A DNA stretch of 64,000 bases from Nitrospinales bacterium (GTDB taxonomy: Bacteria; Nitrospinota; Nitrospinia; Nitrospinales; VA-1): positions 1,792,001-1,856,000 of the forward strand of contig OZ253496.1 of assembly GCA_965262115.1 (NCBI GenBank), read 5' to 3'. A program made the translations under genes and the position numbers. Each line of letters begins with the position of its first letter. Position 1 is the stretch's first letter. The notes beneath the pieces were generated by a model. It was not told the origin of the DNA. It saw nothing but the letters and a program-made list of their open reading frames with translations, and made no database searches. Below, in pieces: positions 18,365-27,388 of the stretch.

Positions 18365-19273
18365 TGATCTTCCCCTGTTTTAGTGGACAGTTAGTTAAGA
18401 GGCATAGGCCTGTTTCTCGAATTCGGCAGGGCTGAGATAGCCGAGATATGAGTGACGGCGTTGCCGATTATAAAACACTTCGATATATTCAAAAATATCC
18501 TTCTTTGCTTGCTGACGGGTTTTGTAGTTCCGGTTATGAATGAGTTCCACTTTGAGAGTATGGAAAAAACTCTCCGCCACGGCGTTATCCCAGCAATCGC
18601 CCTTCCGGCTCATACTGCACTCTATCCCATGAACATTGAGCAAGGCTTGAAAATCGTTGCAGGCATATTGAACCCCCCGGTCAGAATGGTGAATCAATCC
18701 CGGTTTCATGCCGCCGTTCTTCATTGCCATATTTAAAGCTCTCATTACCAACCAACGGGTTATCCAACGATCCATGGCCCAACCAATAACTTTACGGTGG
18801 AATAAATCCAGCGTCACCGCAAGGTATAACCAGCCCTCTTGAGTCGGGATATAGGTGATATCCGAAACCCAGCATTGACCGGGCTCAGCAACATTAAACC
18901 GCCGTTGCAGTTTGTTTTTTGCCACCGGGTGATTATGTTTGGAATCGGTTGTCACCCTGAACTTTCTTTTGTGCTTGGCAACGATTCCATGCTCGCGCAT
19001 AAGACAGGCAATACGATGCCTGCCAATGGCATATCCCTTGTCTTTCAAGTCCTCATGAATTCTGGGACTGCCATAAGTCTGGCGACTCTTCTTATAAACG
19101 GTTTTGATCTCATCAACCCATCGCTGCTTCTCACGGCTCCTCAGGCTCTCGGGGCGGCTCAGCCAGGCATAGAACCCACTTCGTCCCACTTCCAGAACCC
19201 GGCACATCGGGCTTACCGGAAATGCTTCTCGATGATCCCGTATAAACCGATATCTCATTGGGAACCCTTCGAG
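18365..19273 (-). mobile_element. IS3-family element, truncated (orfB plus one terminal IR; orfA lost)
   Basis: IR TGATCTTCCCCTGTTTTAGTGGACAG at 18365; Orf[33 protein letters not shown]; only last codons of orfA (SKGSQ*) remain. Confidence 0.9.
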
Positions 19274-19294
19274 TACCCCTTGTATGTTGTTCAT

Positions 19295-19505
19295 AAGGGG
19301 AATTTGTAGTAGTTGTACCTGTGAGCCCTGTGGGAAGCCGGTTTTGTGTTTTCCACAAGGCTCACAGGGTTTGATTCAGGGCACAATAGATCGTTTACCC
19401 CTTGGGCTTTTAAGCCCGTCCCGAAGCGCAGATCGTTGTGTCCTATTTTGATTAACCCGAACAGTTGCCTGGGCCACTGAGCCCGCATCGGCAAGGCTGG
19501 GAGAC
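19295..19505 (+). ncRNA. Predicted IS110 bridge RNA, copy 1 (ends approximate)
   Basis: 5' hairpin CCTGTGAGCC/GGCTCACAGG; target loop TACCCCT (19396-19402) and CCCGAAG (19420-19426); donor loop ACAGTTGC (19461-19468) and GCAAG (19491-19495). Confidence 0.8.
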
Positions 19506-19511
19506 CAAATT

Positions 19512-20462
19512 ATGAATCAGAAACCCCATTTTATTGGCATCGATATTTCTAAACTCCATCTGGATGTTGCTGACAGCATGACTCAAGAAACCTGGCAAAC
19601 CGCTAACAATGAAGAAGGGATTGCTGGTTTGGTCGAGAGTTTATCCGCCTTAAATCCTCCATTGATCGTTTTGGAAGCCACAGGCGGCTTAGAGATCCCG
19701 TTGGCTTCGGCCCTGGTTGCGGGTCGACTGCCAGTAGCCGTGGTCAACCCACGGCAAGTTCGTGATTTTGCCAAAGCCACCGGGAAACTGGCAAAAACCG
19801 ATGTCATTGATTCTCTTGTGCTGGCTCATTTTGCCAAGGCCATACGTCCTGAGGTCAGGAAAATCAAAGACGAAGAATCTCTTGAACTCTCAGCTCTAGT
19901 GACACGCCGTCGCCAGTTGATCGAGATGCTGACCAAAGAAAAAACCCGTCTAAAACAAGCTCCAAAATGGATATGTAAAGACATTAAGGAGCATATCGAA
20001 TCTCTTAAAAAACGCTTGCGAAAAATCGATGGCGACCTTTCCAGAACCATCAAAAACAGTTCTGCCTGGCGTGAGCACGACCAGATCATACAAAGTGTTC
20101 CCGGTGCCGGTCCCGTTCTGGCTGTCAACCTCTTGGCCGGGGTTCCGGAACTTGGAGTTCTTAATCAGAAGCAAATCGCCGCCCTCATCGGTCTCGCTCC
20201 CCTCAATCGGGACAGCGGAAAGTTCCGGGGCCGCCGGTGTATCTGGGGCGGTCGCGCCAATGTGCGTGCCGCTTTATACATGGCCGCCGTCACTGCCATG
20301 CAGCATAATCCCGTGATTCGTACCTTTTACACACGCCTCATCGAAAAGGGCAAACCCTTTAAAGTTGCCATTACCGCATGCATGAGAAAGTTATTAACGA
20401 TCATCAATACCATGATCAAAACAAAAACACTCTGGAATGAAAATCTCATTGCCAGCACTTGA
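19512..20462 (+). CDS. IS110 DEDD recombinase/transposase
   Basis: GIDISK, VLEATGG, KTDVIDS (DEDD); RDSGK serine loop; ACMRKLL. Confidence 0.95.
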   Translation: MNQKPHFIGIDISKLHLDVADSMTQETWQTANNEEGIAGLVESLSALNPPLIVLEATGGLEIPLASALVAGRLPVAVVNPRQVRDFAKATGKLAKTDVIDSLVLAHFAKAIRPEVRKIKDEESLELSALVTRRRQLIEMLTKEKTRLKQAPKWICKDIKEHIESLKKRLRKIDGDLSRTIKNSSAWREHDQIIQSVPGAGPVLAVNLLAGVPELGVLNQKQIAALIGLAPLNRDSGKFRGRRCIWGGRANVRAALYMAAVTAMQHNPVIRTFYTRLIEKGKPFKVAITACMRKLLTIINTMIKTKTLWNENLIAST

Positions 20463-20536
20463 CATTTAACACAGTTGCTTCGGGGCATGAAAGCCAATGA
20501 AGTGATATCACATGCGGCAATCGGTTTCCTCGGCTT

Positions 20537-20576
20537 GTCTATCCCTCCTAACCCTTTTCATGCCCCGCAAGGGGTG
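20537..20576 (-). repeat. R38 element, degenerate
   Basis: ...CTTTTCATGCCCCGCAAGGGGTG. Confidence 0.6.
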
Positions 20577-20613
20577 CAACGAGCCATTACTATCGGCCTC
20601 CCTCGCCAGAGGG

Positions 20614-20696
20614 TGGTGCGGATGGAGGGAGTCGAACCCCCACGGTTGCCCACTGGATCCTAAATCCAGCGCGTCTGCCAGTTCCGCCACATCCGC
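20614..20696 (-). tRNA. tRNA-Leu(TAG)
   Basis: GCGGATG acceptor, TT-TAG-GA anticodon loop, long variable arm, GTTCGAC, CCA end. Confidence 0.96.
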
Positions 20697-20837
20697 ATAT
20701 TTTTAAAGGGTTTATTCTGGTTTTTACCCCGGATTTTTCAGCTATTTTGTGGGTGTGTGTCCGCAGAAAACTTCCAAATCCAATATATCATTTAATAAGA
20801 GCGGATTCTGCAAATATCTTGGGTTTCTCGGGAATTT

Positions 20838-21346
20838 TCATCCTTTTTTCATTTCTGCGTGGAGGCGTGAGATTGCCTGCTGGAGTTTTTCAAAATTGAC
20901 TTCTTCTTTCGCGCAATAATTCCTGAGATAGGAGTACATGATGAAGACACCGGCCCATTCGTCAAAAACTTCTCCGCTCTTTTTTGAGCGTTGTTCAAAA
21001 GCGGAAAAACTGTTTTCAATCTGTTCCAGCAGTTTGCAGAAATTGACGACCTCGTTGTTTTCATCCAGGTCTTCATGAACTGTAAGGGTGCCGAATTCTT
21101 CGTTAGCGGGTGATTCTTTGAGCGCCTGATATTGTTCTTCTATCTGTTCTAAACGGACCCCGGAATTTTCGCAATACAGGCGCAGATTGCTGAAGCCGAT
21201 GAACAGGCACTCATACCCACCGATTTCCGCTGCCTCTTAATTATCATCAGAAACCAACTGGGAAATATCATCTTCGACCGCGTCGAACATATCAAAAAAA
21301 ACTCCAAATTGGTTTTTTGAGCACGGATATTTTTTGAATTACTCAT
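20838..21346 (-). pseudogene. Hypothetical acidic protein (~168 aa), disrupted
   Basis: MSNSKNIRAQKTNLEF, frameshift in T8, FDMFDAVEDDISQLVSDDN*EAAEIGGYECLF...AISRLHAEMKKG*; in-frame TAA at 21237-21239. Confidence 0.65.
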
Positions 21347-21501
21347 ACAAAATCAACTCTTATTTTGTGGAGGGCTACCTTAATCTAAAGATTAACATTT
21401 TAAAGTTCTGAAAATAATTTGCCGTTAAAAGTAAAGATAATATGATACAATATGCCTCGGAACTAGCTTTAATCCTCTAACAAAGTTTCCTACCTAAAAC
21501 A

Positions 21502-22309
21502 ATGGCCCCTAATTCCCTTCCTGATTTTGAAAAACCCCCGGTTATCGAGGTTGTTTGCGGGGTTCAGTTTGAAGAGATTCAGGATTTTACCTCGCCTCAC
21601 TTCGGATTACTGTGGGAAAGTTATAAAACCGAGTATCCTTCGTTTAAAGAAGTTGCTCCTATTGCACCTAAAATTGAAAAGTTCAAAGCTAGCCCCGATA
21701 TAACTTTAAAACTGTCTGACAAGCCCCCATTGCCTCGGATTTTGTTTGTGCATGAGAAAAATAATGGAATAATCCAAATTCAGCAATACCGTTTTTTGCA
21801 TAATTGGAGGAAAAATCTGCCAGAGGATGACTATCCAAGATATCCAAAAGTTATTGAAATGTTTAAAAGGCATTTTTGCTCTTTTGTTAAATATATAGAC
21901 GAAAATCAATTAGGGGCTGTGAAACCAAATCAATTCGAGATTACATATGTAAATCATATTTTTATGGGGCAAGGATGGTCGACTCTGGATGATATTGGGG
22001 GAATTTTTGCGGATCATACTTGGGATTCTGGTTCAAAAGAATTTCTTCCTAGCATCTCTAATGTTAACTGGAGAACCACCTTTGATCTTCCTAATGAAGA
22101 AGGGCGGCTTCATGTTCAAACCACATCTGGTGTATTAGAGAATGATAGACCTGTTCTGAGGCTTGATTTGACGGTTCAAGGCATGGGGGGGGGCTTCAGA
22201 TGAAGCAATGTGGAAATGGTTTGATCAGGCTAGAGAGTGGATTGTAAGAGGTTTTGCTGATATAACGAATAAAAGTATCCAAAAAGAAATCTGGAGGAGA
22301 AAAAAGTGA
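21502..22309 (+). pseudogene. TIGR04255 family protein, frameshifted at G9
   Basis: LPDFEKPPVIEVVCGVQF, IQIQQYRFLHNWRK..YPRY, EITYVNHI; removing one G at 22185-22193 restores WFDQAREWIVRGFADIT..IWRRKK*. Confidence 0.8.
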
Positions 22310-22731
22310 ATCCGATGCAAAGTGGATATGATTGGGAGCCAAATGCAAGCTGGAATGAGTGGCAAGATGTTTCAAATAGTTCCTTAGAAACTAAGGCTAA
22401 TTGGCAGGGACGTATAATAATCTTTAATAGTCCATGGCCCACTCCAAATAAGCTACCTAAGAATTTATCTCGCTTTGTCCGTACCTCAGGCCTGCAAGAT
22501 TCTTGGTCAACGGTTTCATATGAGTTGGATGATGAGCAAATTGAATTGGTTGAAAAGTCACTGACATCAGTTTCTTCTTGGTCTACGCTCGCAAACAGAG
22601 GAGTTTTTTCTCCGAATTATGACCGCAAAGTTCATTCGAAGAAAGAATTAAGCATAGATAGTACTGAAATCCCACGTTGGAAACCTCACATATTTATTGA
22701 TATCAGACGATTGGAGCTAGATGATGAGTGA
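22306..22731 (+). CDS. Hypothetical protein (middle gene of TIGR04255 trio)
   Basis: 141-aa ORF overlapping both neighbours; no recognisable motif. Confidence 0.5.
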   Translation: MNPMQSGYDWEPNASWNEWQDVSNSSLETKANWQGRIIIFNSPWPTPNKLPKNLSRFVRTSGLQDSWSTVSYELDDEQIELVEKSLTSVSSWSTLANRGVFSPNYDRKVHSKKELSIDSTEIPRWKPHIFIDIRRLELDDE

Positions 22732-23303
22732 GGTTTGGTATGAGGAGGTTGAGCCCAAAACTCCGATTACCCAAGGGGATTTAATAAATGATTGCCCGGT
22801 TTTTGGCTGGTAGCAAGATGAGTTAACAGTGGCAAAAAATAAGGGAAAAGATGAAAGAGAAACCCTAGAGGCAACGCGATTACTTGCTTATGCAAATGTT
22901 GTGGTGATGACTCAAGCTTGCGACCTTGAAAATAATAAAGTCCGATCTCAAGGAATTTTATGGTTCTTGGTCCAAAGAGATGGAGGCAAAGTTACAAAAT
23001 CCTTCTAATAAAGCATGGAAAAGGCAGTGCGGTGATATAAGAGATGGGTTTGTTTGGAATTTAGCCATGCTCAATAAATATGAGAATGGCCAGAGAAATG
23101 CTGAAGCTTTAATAGTTGATTTTCAGGAAATTTTTACCCTTCCAATTTCATTTCTTCATTCTCTGCTAGTTCAAAGAAATAAGCAAAGAATTAGACTTCT
23201 TCCTCCCTACCGAGAACACTTGTCACAATCTTTTGCTAGGTATTTCATGCGAATTGGATTGCCAATGCCTATTGACGAAACTTGGCAATTAGCTTCTGAA
23301 TAA
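22721..23303 (+). pseudogene. Conserved hypothetical protein (QGD...TQACDL...LLPPYREHLSQSFARYFMRIGLP), disrupted
   Basis: MSEVWYEEV..ITQGDLINDCP, in-frame TAG 22811-22813, frameshift near 22940, conserved-looking C-terminus. Confidence 0.65.
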
Positions 23304-23340
23304 TACTAAATAGACCTCCAAATAGATTGTAATCAGTTCA

Positions 23341-24132
23341 TTATTTCTGGATGGACTTGGGTTTGCGTTCTTTCGGGACGAGCAGAGTTCCGCCAGGGTA
23401 GTAGCCTTTGGGGACGGTCAGGTTGGGGTAGACCCAGACATCTTTTCCGATCAGTGCGCCGGGGCAGACGATGACGTTGCAACCGAGTTCAACATTGTCA
23501 CCAATCATCGCACCCAGTTTTTCTATTTCGGTACTCAGGATTTCAGAGTCGAGAGGGATCTGGATAGGTTTGATATAGTCTTTTAATTTTTCATCGATGC
23601 TTCTAAATTGCAGGTTGGCCAGTTTCGATCCTGCTCCCAGGTTGACATGGCTCCCTATGATGCTGTCACCGATATAATTGAAATGGCCTGCTTCGGTATG
23701 ATCCATGAGAATGCTGTTTTTCACCTCGGTGGCATGGCCGATCACACTGTGATCTCCAATCAGGGCGTTGCCGCGGATATAGGCCCCTTGCCGGATGTCG
23801 CAGGACTCCCCAATCATGGCGGGGCCTTTGATAATGGCCGAAGGTTCCAACTGCGTTCCCTTGCCGATGAAGATATTCAGCTCTTTCAAATAAACCGATT
23901 CGACCAGATCGATCCAGTTCTCGACGTAAAGTCCTTTCTCGCCACGGTGATTACCGGATGAATCGAGAGTGGTCTTTATGCCCTGTAAATGGGTGGCATA
24001 AGACCCGGCTTTTTTGTGGATCAGTTTTTCCAGCCGTGGACCTAATGTTTTTAAAGGATCCCACACCTGTTCGCATCCGGCAAAAATCTCCGGTTCGCTC
24101 AGGTTTGCAAAAAACAGGTTTAAATCCTTCAT
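23341..24132 (-). CDS. GlmU C-terminal-like hexapeptide acetyltransferase (no nucleotidyltransferase domain)
   Basis: IKGPAMIGESCDIRQGAYIRG, EVKNSIL, HFNYIGDSIIGSHVNLGAG, KLGAMIGD. Confidence 0.8.
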   Translation of the reverse strand: MKDLNLFFANLSEPEIFAGCEQVWDPLKTLGPRLEKLIHKKAGSYATHLQGIKTTLDSSGNHRGEKGLYVENWIDLVESVYLKELNIFIGKGTQLEPSAIIKGPAMIGESCDIRQGAYIRGNALIGDHSVIGHATEVKNSILMDHTEAGHFNYIGDSIIGSHVNLGAGSKLANLQFRSIDEKLKDYIKPIQIPLDSEILSTEIEKLGAMIGDNVELGCNVIVCPGALIGKDVWVYPNLTVPKGYYPGGTLLVPKERKPKSIQK

Positions 24133-24204
24133 AACTTTTGTGGCTCCTAAAGCCGAGATAACTTTCTACTAGCTCATAAAAGCTAGTGCTAGTTGGCCCC
24201 ATGC

Positions 24205-26265
24205 CTAATGGATTATATACCACTTGCCGAGAGGGGTCAGGCGGTTTCCCTCGGGGCTTGATTGAATCAGGTCTTGCTTTCTCATTTCATCAACCAGTCG
24301 CGACTTGTATTGGTTTTTTATTTCCAGCTTGTCATCGGTCACCGGTTGGGACGCGATTTGGCTGAGGGCGTACAATTCCATTTTATAAAAAGTGTTGTCA
24401 CGGTCTTTGAGCAGGGAGAACAAAAGCCGTAGAATTTCCAGCCCGATTTTTTTTAGCTTGCCAGCATCCGATTTTCTGCCACGCAGGTTCACGCTGATTT
24501 TATTTTCAGTGCCGGAGTTTCTCACAAAGATACCGGCTTTTCCCTCTGCAAGGGAAATATATAACATATCCGGATCGTCAGCGAAATTTCGGGTTTTGCC
24601 GGAGCATCCGTTTTGTTTTGCGGTCCGCAATAAAAGCCGTTTTACTTTTTTCCACACTTGTGAGTCTCTACAGAATAGGTCCTGCCGGATATAGTAAGTG
24701 TAAAGAGTGGATTTGAAACCTGGCGAAAAAGGTTGACGGATAGACTGGATATACTTTTGCGGCGATAAGGTTGTTGCCAACTGTTCGGTGGCGGCAAAGG
24801 TGTTGAGAGCGCTTTTTAATCCATTGCCGGAATACACCGACACCTTTTTTTTGCTGGGTAGCGTTAAGGTAGCAGTGGTGATGTTATGTCCTGTTTCCTC
24901 ACTGCCTACCGCCAGAACTTCTGAATTACTTTTTGTTACGTCAGGATTTTCAGGGATGGATGTGTCGAGATTCAGCAGGGTGTTTACACTCGTTACTCCT
25001 TTTTTTTGCAATGATTTAATTTTATTTTTAAGTTCTCTTTGCTTTTTTGGCGCAAGTTTTGCCGTGAGAAGTTTTTGTTCTAATAGCGCGAGGCGGATTT
25101 TAAGCAGAATCCATTTATCGCCAACAGCGGTGAGGAGCGGACTCAACCCCATCGACTCGGCGGAGGCAGAAGCATTGAGGTCGCTTTCCACCGTATTGAT
25201 ATAGAGTGACCCGTTGTACTTGTCGTGGGAAACCAGATGCCGTGCCTGCAGGATGGCGGTCTCGTCTCCGCTCAAGACCCATAGTGTGTCCTGAAACGGA
25301 TCGTACTCGAGGCGGAAGAAGCGGTCTCCATCCGCATCGAAGATGGCAGCGGCAATTCTTTTTTTTCCGGACTTTGCCGATTTCTGGTTGGCCCGGCCGA
25401 TTTCAAATAGTTTGACGATGGCTTTGTGGCGATGGAAATGTCCGCCGGGTTTTAAGATCATGTCTGCGGTGATGCGTGGGCATCCTTCCAGATCAGCGAC
25501 TCCGGAGCGGTGATTGACCGCGCCATTTTTGTTGACTTCATAGACTTTGCCGATTCCGGCAAGCCGGAAAATTTTCGCGGCGACTCCTGTCAACGCCCCG
25601 CAAGCGGGATCAACCACCAGAGTGAGGGCTTGTAAAGTATTGCGAGACTTGATCCAGGAGTTTTCAGGGTGCAGGGAAAAACGCTGGAACAGTTCCAGAG
25701 CTTTCTGCCGACAGTCAGTTCTTATTCCCTTTAAAGGAGTTTTTTTAATGAGGCCGAAGTTTTGTTTGAGCAGGTGTCGGGTCAGGTTGGCATCATCAGC
25801 GGGCAACGGCTTTACGCCATGAAAAGGCAGAAAAAGTTTGATGCCATTCTGGTCTTTGGGGTTGTGGGAAGCAGTGACCATAATGCCTCCATCAGCCCCT
25901 TCATGGAGCATGAACAAGGGTATTAATGGAGTTGGCACGACACCCAGAACCAGGGCTCTGCCCCCCGCTTTGCGGATACCCCGAACCACGGCTTCGGTAA
26001 AAATACCGGAAGGGTCTCTGGGGTCCCAGCCGATGACGATCTTTTTAGAGGAAGCTGGTTTTTTCCTGGGCTGGTTTTTGACGTAGCAATAGGCGTAAAG
26101 CTCCATGAACTCTTCTGTGATCCAGCCTTTTTCCAGAAACACCTGTTGCGGAGTCCACCCTCTGCATTCGGAATCCTTTGCCGATTTGATTTCCCGGCGC
26201 ACTCCATCGGTACCCTGCAGGCGAGCGGGTACGGGGTTTTGCTTTAAAATTGTTTTTGTTTTCAT
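24205..26265 (-). CDS. glmM: Phosphoglucosamine mutase / phosphohexomutase family protein
   Basis: QGTDGVR, GWDPR, PTP, VTASHNPKDQNGIKLF, FDADGDR, VGDKWI, GSEETGH, VRNSGTENK; start taken at MKTKT (26265). Confidence 0.75.
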   Translation of the reverse strand: MKTKTILKQNPVPARLQGTDGVRREIKSAKDSECRGWTPQQVFLEKGWITEEFMELYAYCYVKNQPRKKPASSKKIVIGWDPRDPSGIFTEAVVRGIRKAGGRALVLGVVPTPLIPLFMLHEGADGGIMVTASHNPKDQNGIKLFLPFHGVKPLPADDANLTRHLLKQNFGLIKKTPLKGIRTDCRQKALELFQRFSLHPENSWIKSRNTLQALTLVVDPACGALTGVAAKIFRLAGIGKVYEVNKNGAVNHRSGVADLEGCPRITADMILKPGGHFHRHKAIVKLFEIGRANQKSAKSGKKRIAAAIFDADGDRFFRLEYDPFQDTLWVLSGDETAILQARHLVSHDKYNGSLYINTVESDLNASASAESMGLSPLLTAVGDKWILLKIRLALLEQKLLTAKLAPKKQRELKNKIKSLQKKGVTSVNTLLNLDTSIPENPDVTKSNSEVLAVGSEETGHNITTATLTLPSKKKVSVYSGNGLKSALNTFAATEQLATTLSPQKYIQSIRQPFSPGFKSTLYTYYIRQDLFCRDSQVWKKVKRLLLRTAKQNGCSGKTRNFADDPDMLYISLAEGKAGIFVRNSGTENKISVNLRGRKSDAGKLKKIGLEILRLLFSLLKDRDNTFYKMELYALSQIASQPVTDDKLEIKNQYKSRLVDEMRKQDLIQSSPEGNRLTPLGKWYIIH

Positions 26266-26529
26266 GCGAAATTGTGGGCCAGAAAGGATAAGAATTTTTT
26301 GAAATACGGAGGTTTCTTGTGGCCCGGCGATTGTAACATAGGGGTCAGTTACCTTAAAGAAAGAAGGGCGTTCAAGTTGGCCGAAATAGCATCGGGCAGA
26401 TGTTTTGTTTAAGTCGGAGTTTTTGGCTGTCAACAAGCAGAACATCATCCTCAGTTGCATTTCTTCATGGGCCGAGGTGGCCTCGGCTTCTAGAAACTTG
26501 TTTTTCAACTTTTCCAGGTCCAGGGTTTT

Positions 26530-26880
26530 GGCTTCGTCCGCCGTTCGCAGCCTGGAAGAAGGTATGGAAGAAACATTAACCCTGCACCGTTTTGGGGTGC
26601 TCCCCAAACCCGGTATCCGTTTCAAGACCCGCAACTGTATCGGGAATATCATGCGTCAGGGGGGAATTTACACGGATCGAGTGAGTTACTGGAAGAACCG
26701 TGATTAGCGGCAACAACAGGTCGGAGGCTCTACAGGAAATCGAGCCGGAGTCAAGAATCGTACGTGGATACCGCCATCTCAAGGAACCCGAAGAGGCTAT
26801 GAAAAACTTGAATTTTAAAGAAAATACCATAAAGTGGCGTGACGCATTTGTTCCATTTCAACTGACAATCGGACTTTGCC
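26530..26880 (+). mobile_element. IS256-family transposase C-terminal remnant
   Basis: SAVRSLEEGMEETLTLHRFGV..FKTRNCIGNIMRQ..YTDRVSYWKN, then ALQEIEP..VRGYRHLKE; TTTCAACT-type end near 26856. Confidence 0.7.
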
Positions 26881-26956
26881 CATTTTTTTGGGTTGGTCAT
26901 CTTACACTACAGATGTCCGAACCTTGGGCAATAATTTCATTTTGTAGCTACTGCTT

Positions 26957-27175
26957 ATGAAAAAACCACTTACATTCTTACTCTCTCTAACTTTTTTGTT
27001 TCTGTTTTGCGCAACTGTTTCAAGTGCAAAAGAAATGGGTAATGCACACATTGAGAAGTTGGAAATATCAGCAGAACAGGGAGATGCTTCAGCGCAACTC
27101 AACCTGGGTGTGGTGTGTGACAGGGGAAAAGGTTGTATAAAAATTCATCAAATTGAGTACTGGCAGGGTGCTTAA
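26957..27175 (+). pseudogene. Sel1-repeat protein fragment
   Basis: Signal peptide MKKPLTFLLSLTFLFLF and a single SAEQGDASAQLNLGV repeat. Confidence 0.65.
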
Positions 27176-27189
27176 AAACTATTTTTGGG

Positions 27190-27270
27190 TGTCATTCTGA
27201 ACGCAGTGAAGAATCCCCGGGTTTGTGCAAGGCGAGATCCTTTGTCGCCTTCGGCTCCTCGAGGATGACA
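27190..27270. repeat. GTCATTCTGA...GATGAC hairpin repeat (family C)
   Basis: TGTCATTCTGAACGCAGTGAAGAATCC...AGATCCTT...GGATGACA; similar at 15157-15236, 43753-43900, 61216-61276, 62903-62947, 63476-63501. Confidence 0.7.
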
Positions 27271-27388
27271 AATCGGCTTTGCCCGGAGGTTGCGTCTGGG
27301 ATACTATTTGCGGCTTAAGGAGTTCTTGCTCATTGCCTCCACGGCGAGTGGGCGGAAAACTCCGCAGGTAGATTGTAACAAGGCTACG

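Larger units (their letters stand above)
19279..20479 (+). mobile_element. IS110-family element (IS621-like), copy 1, intact, inserted in R38 at a CT core
   Basis: Junctions TACCC-CT-TGTATG and ACAGTTG-CT-TCGGGGCATG; same ends in copy 2. Confidence 0.92.

Noticed and set aside
19259..19294. [12 protein letters not shown] start of the IS3 ORF
   Set aside because: These codons come from the IS110 left end, R38 and the orfA tail, not from a true OrfB start.
16200..20614. tRNA-Leu-anchored integrative island
   Set aside because: No integrase and no duplicated tRNA 3' end found by eye.
26266..26652. N-terminal 129 aa of the 815-aa mutase ORF
   Set aside because: Lies antisense to an IS256 remnant; family homology starts at the GTDG motif after 26265.
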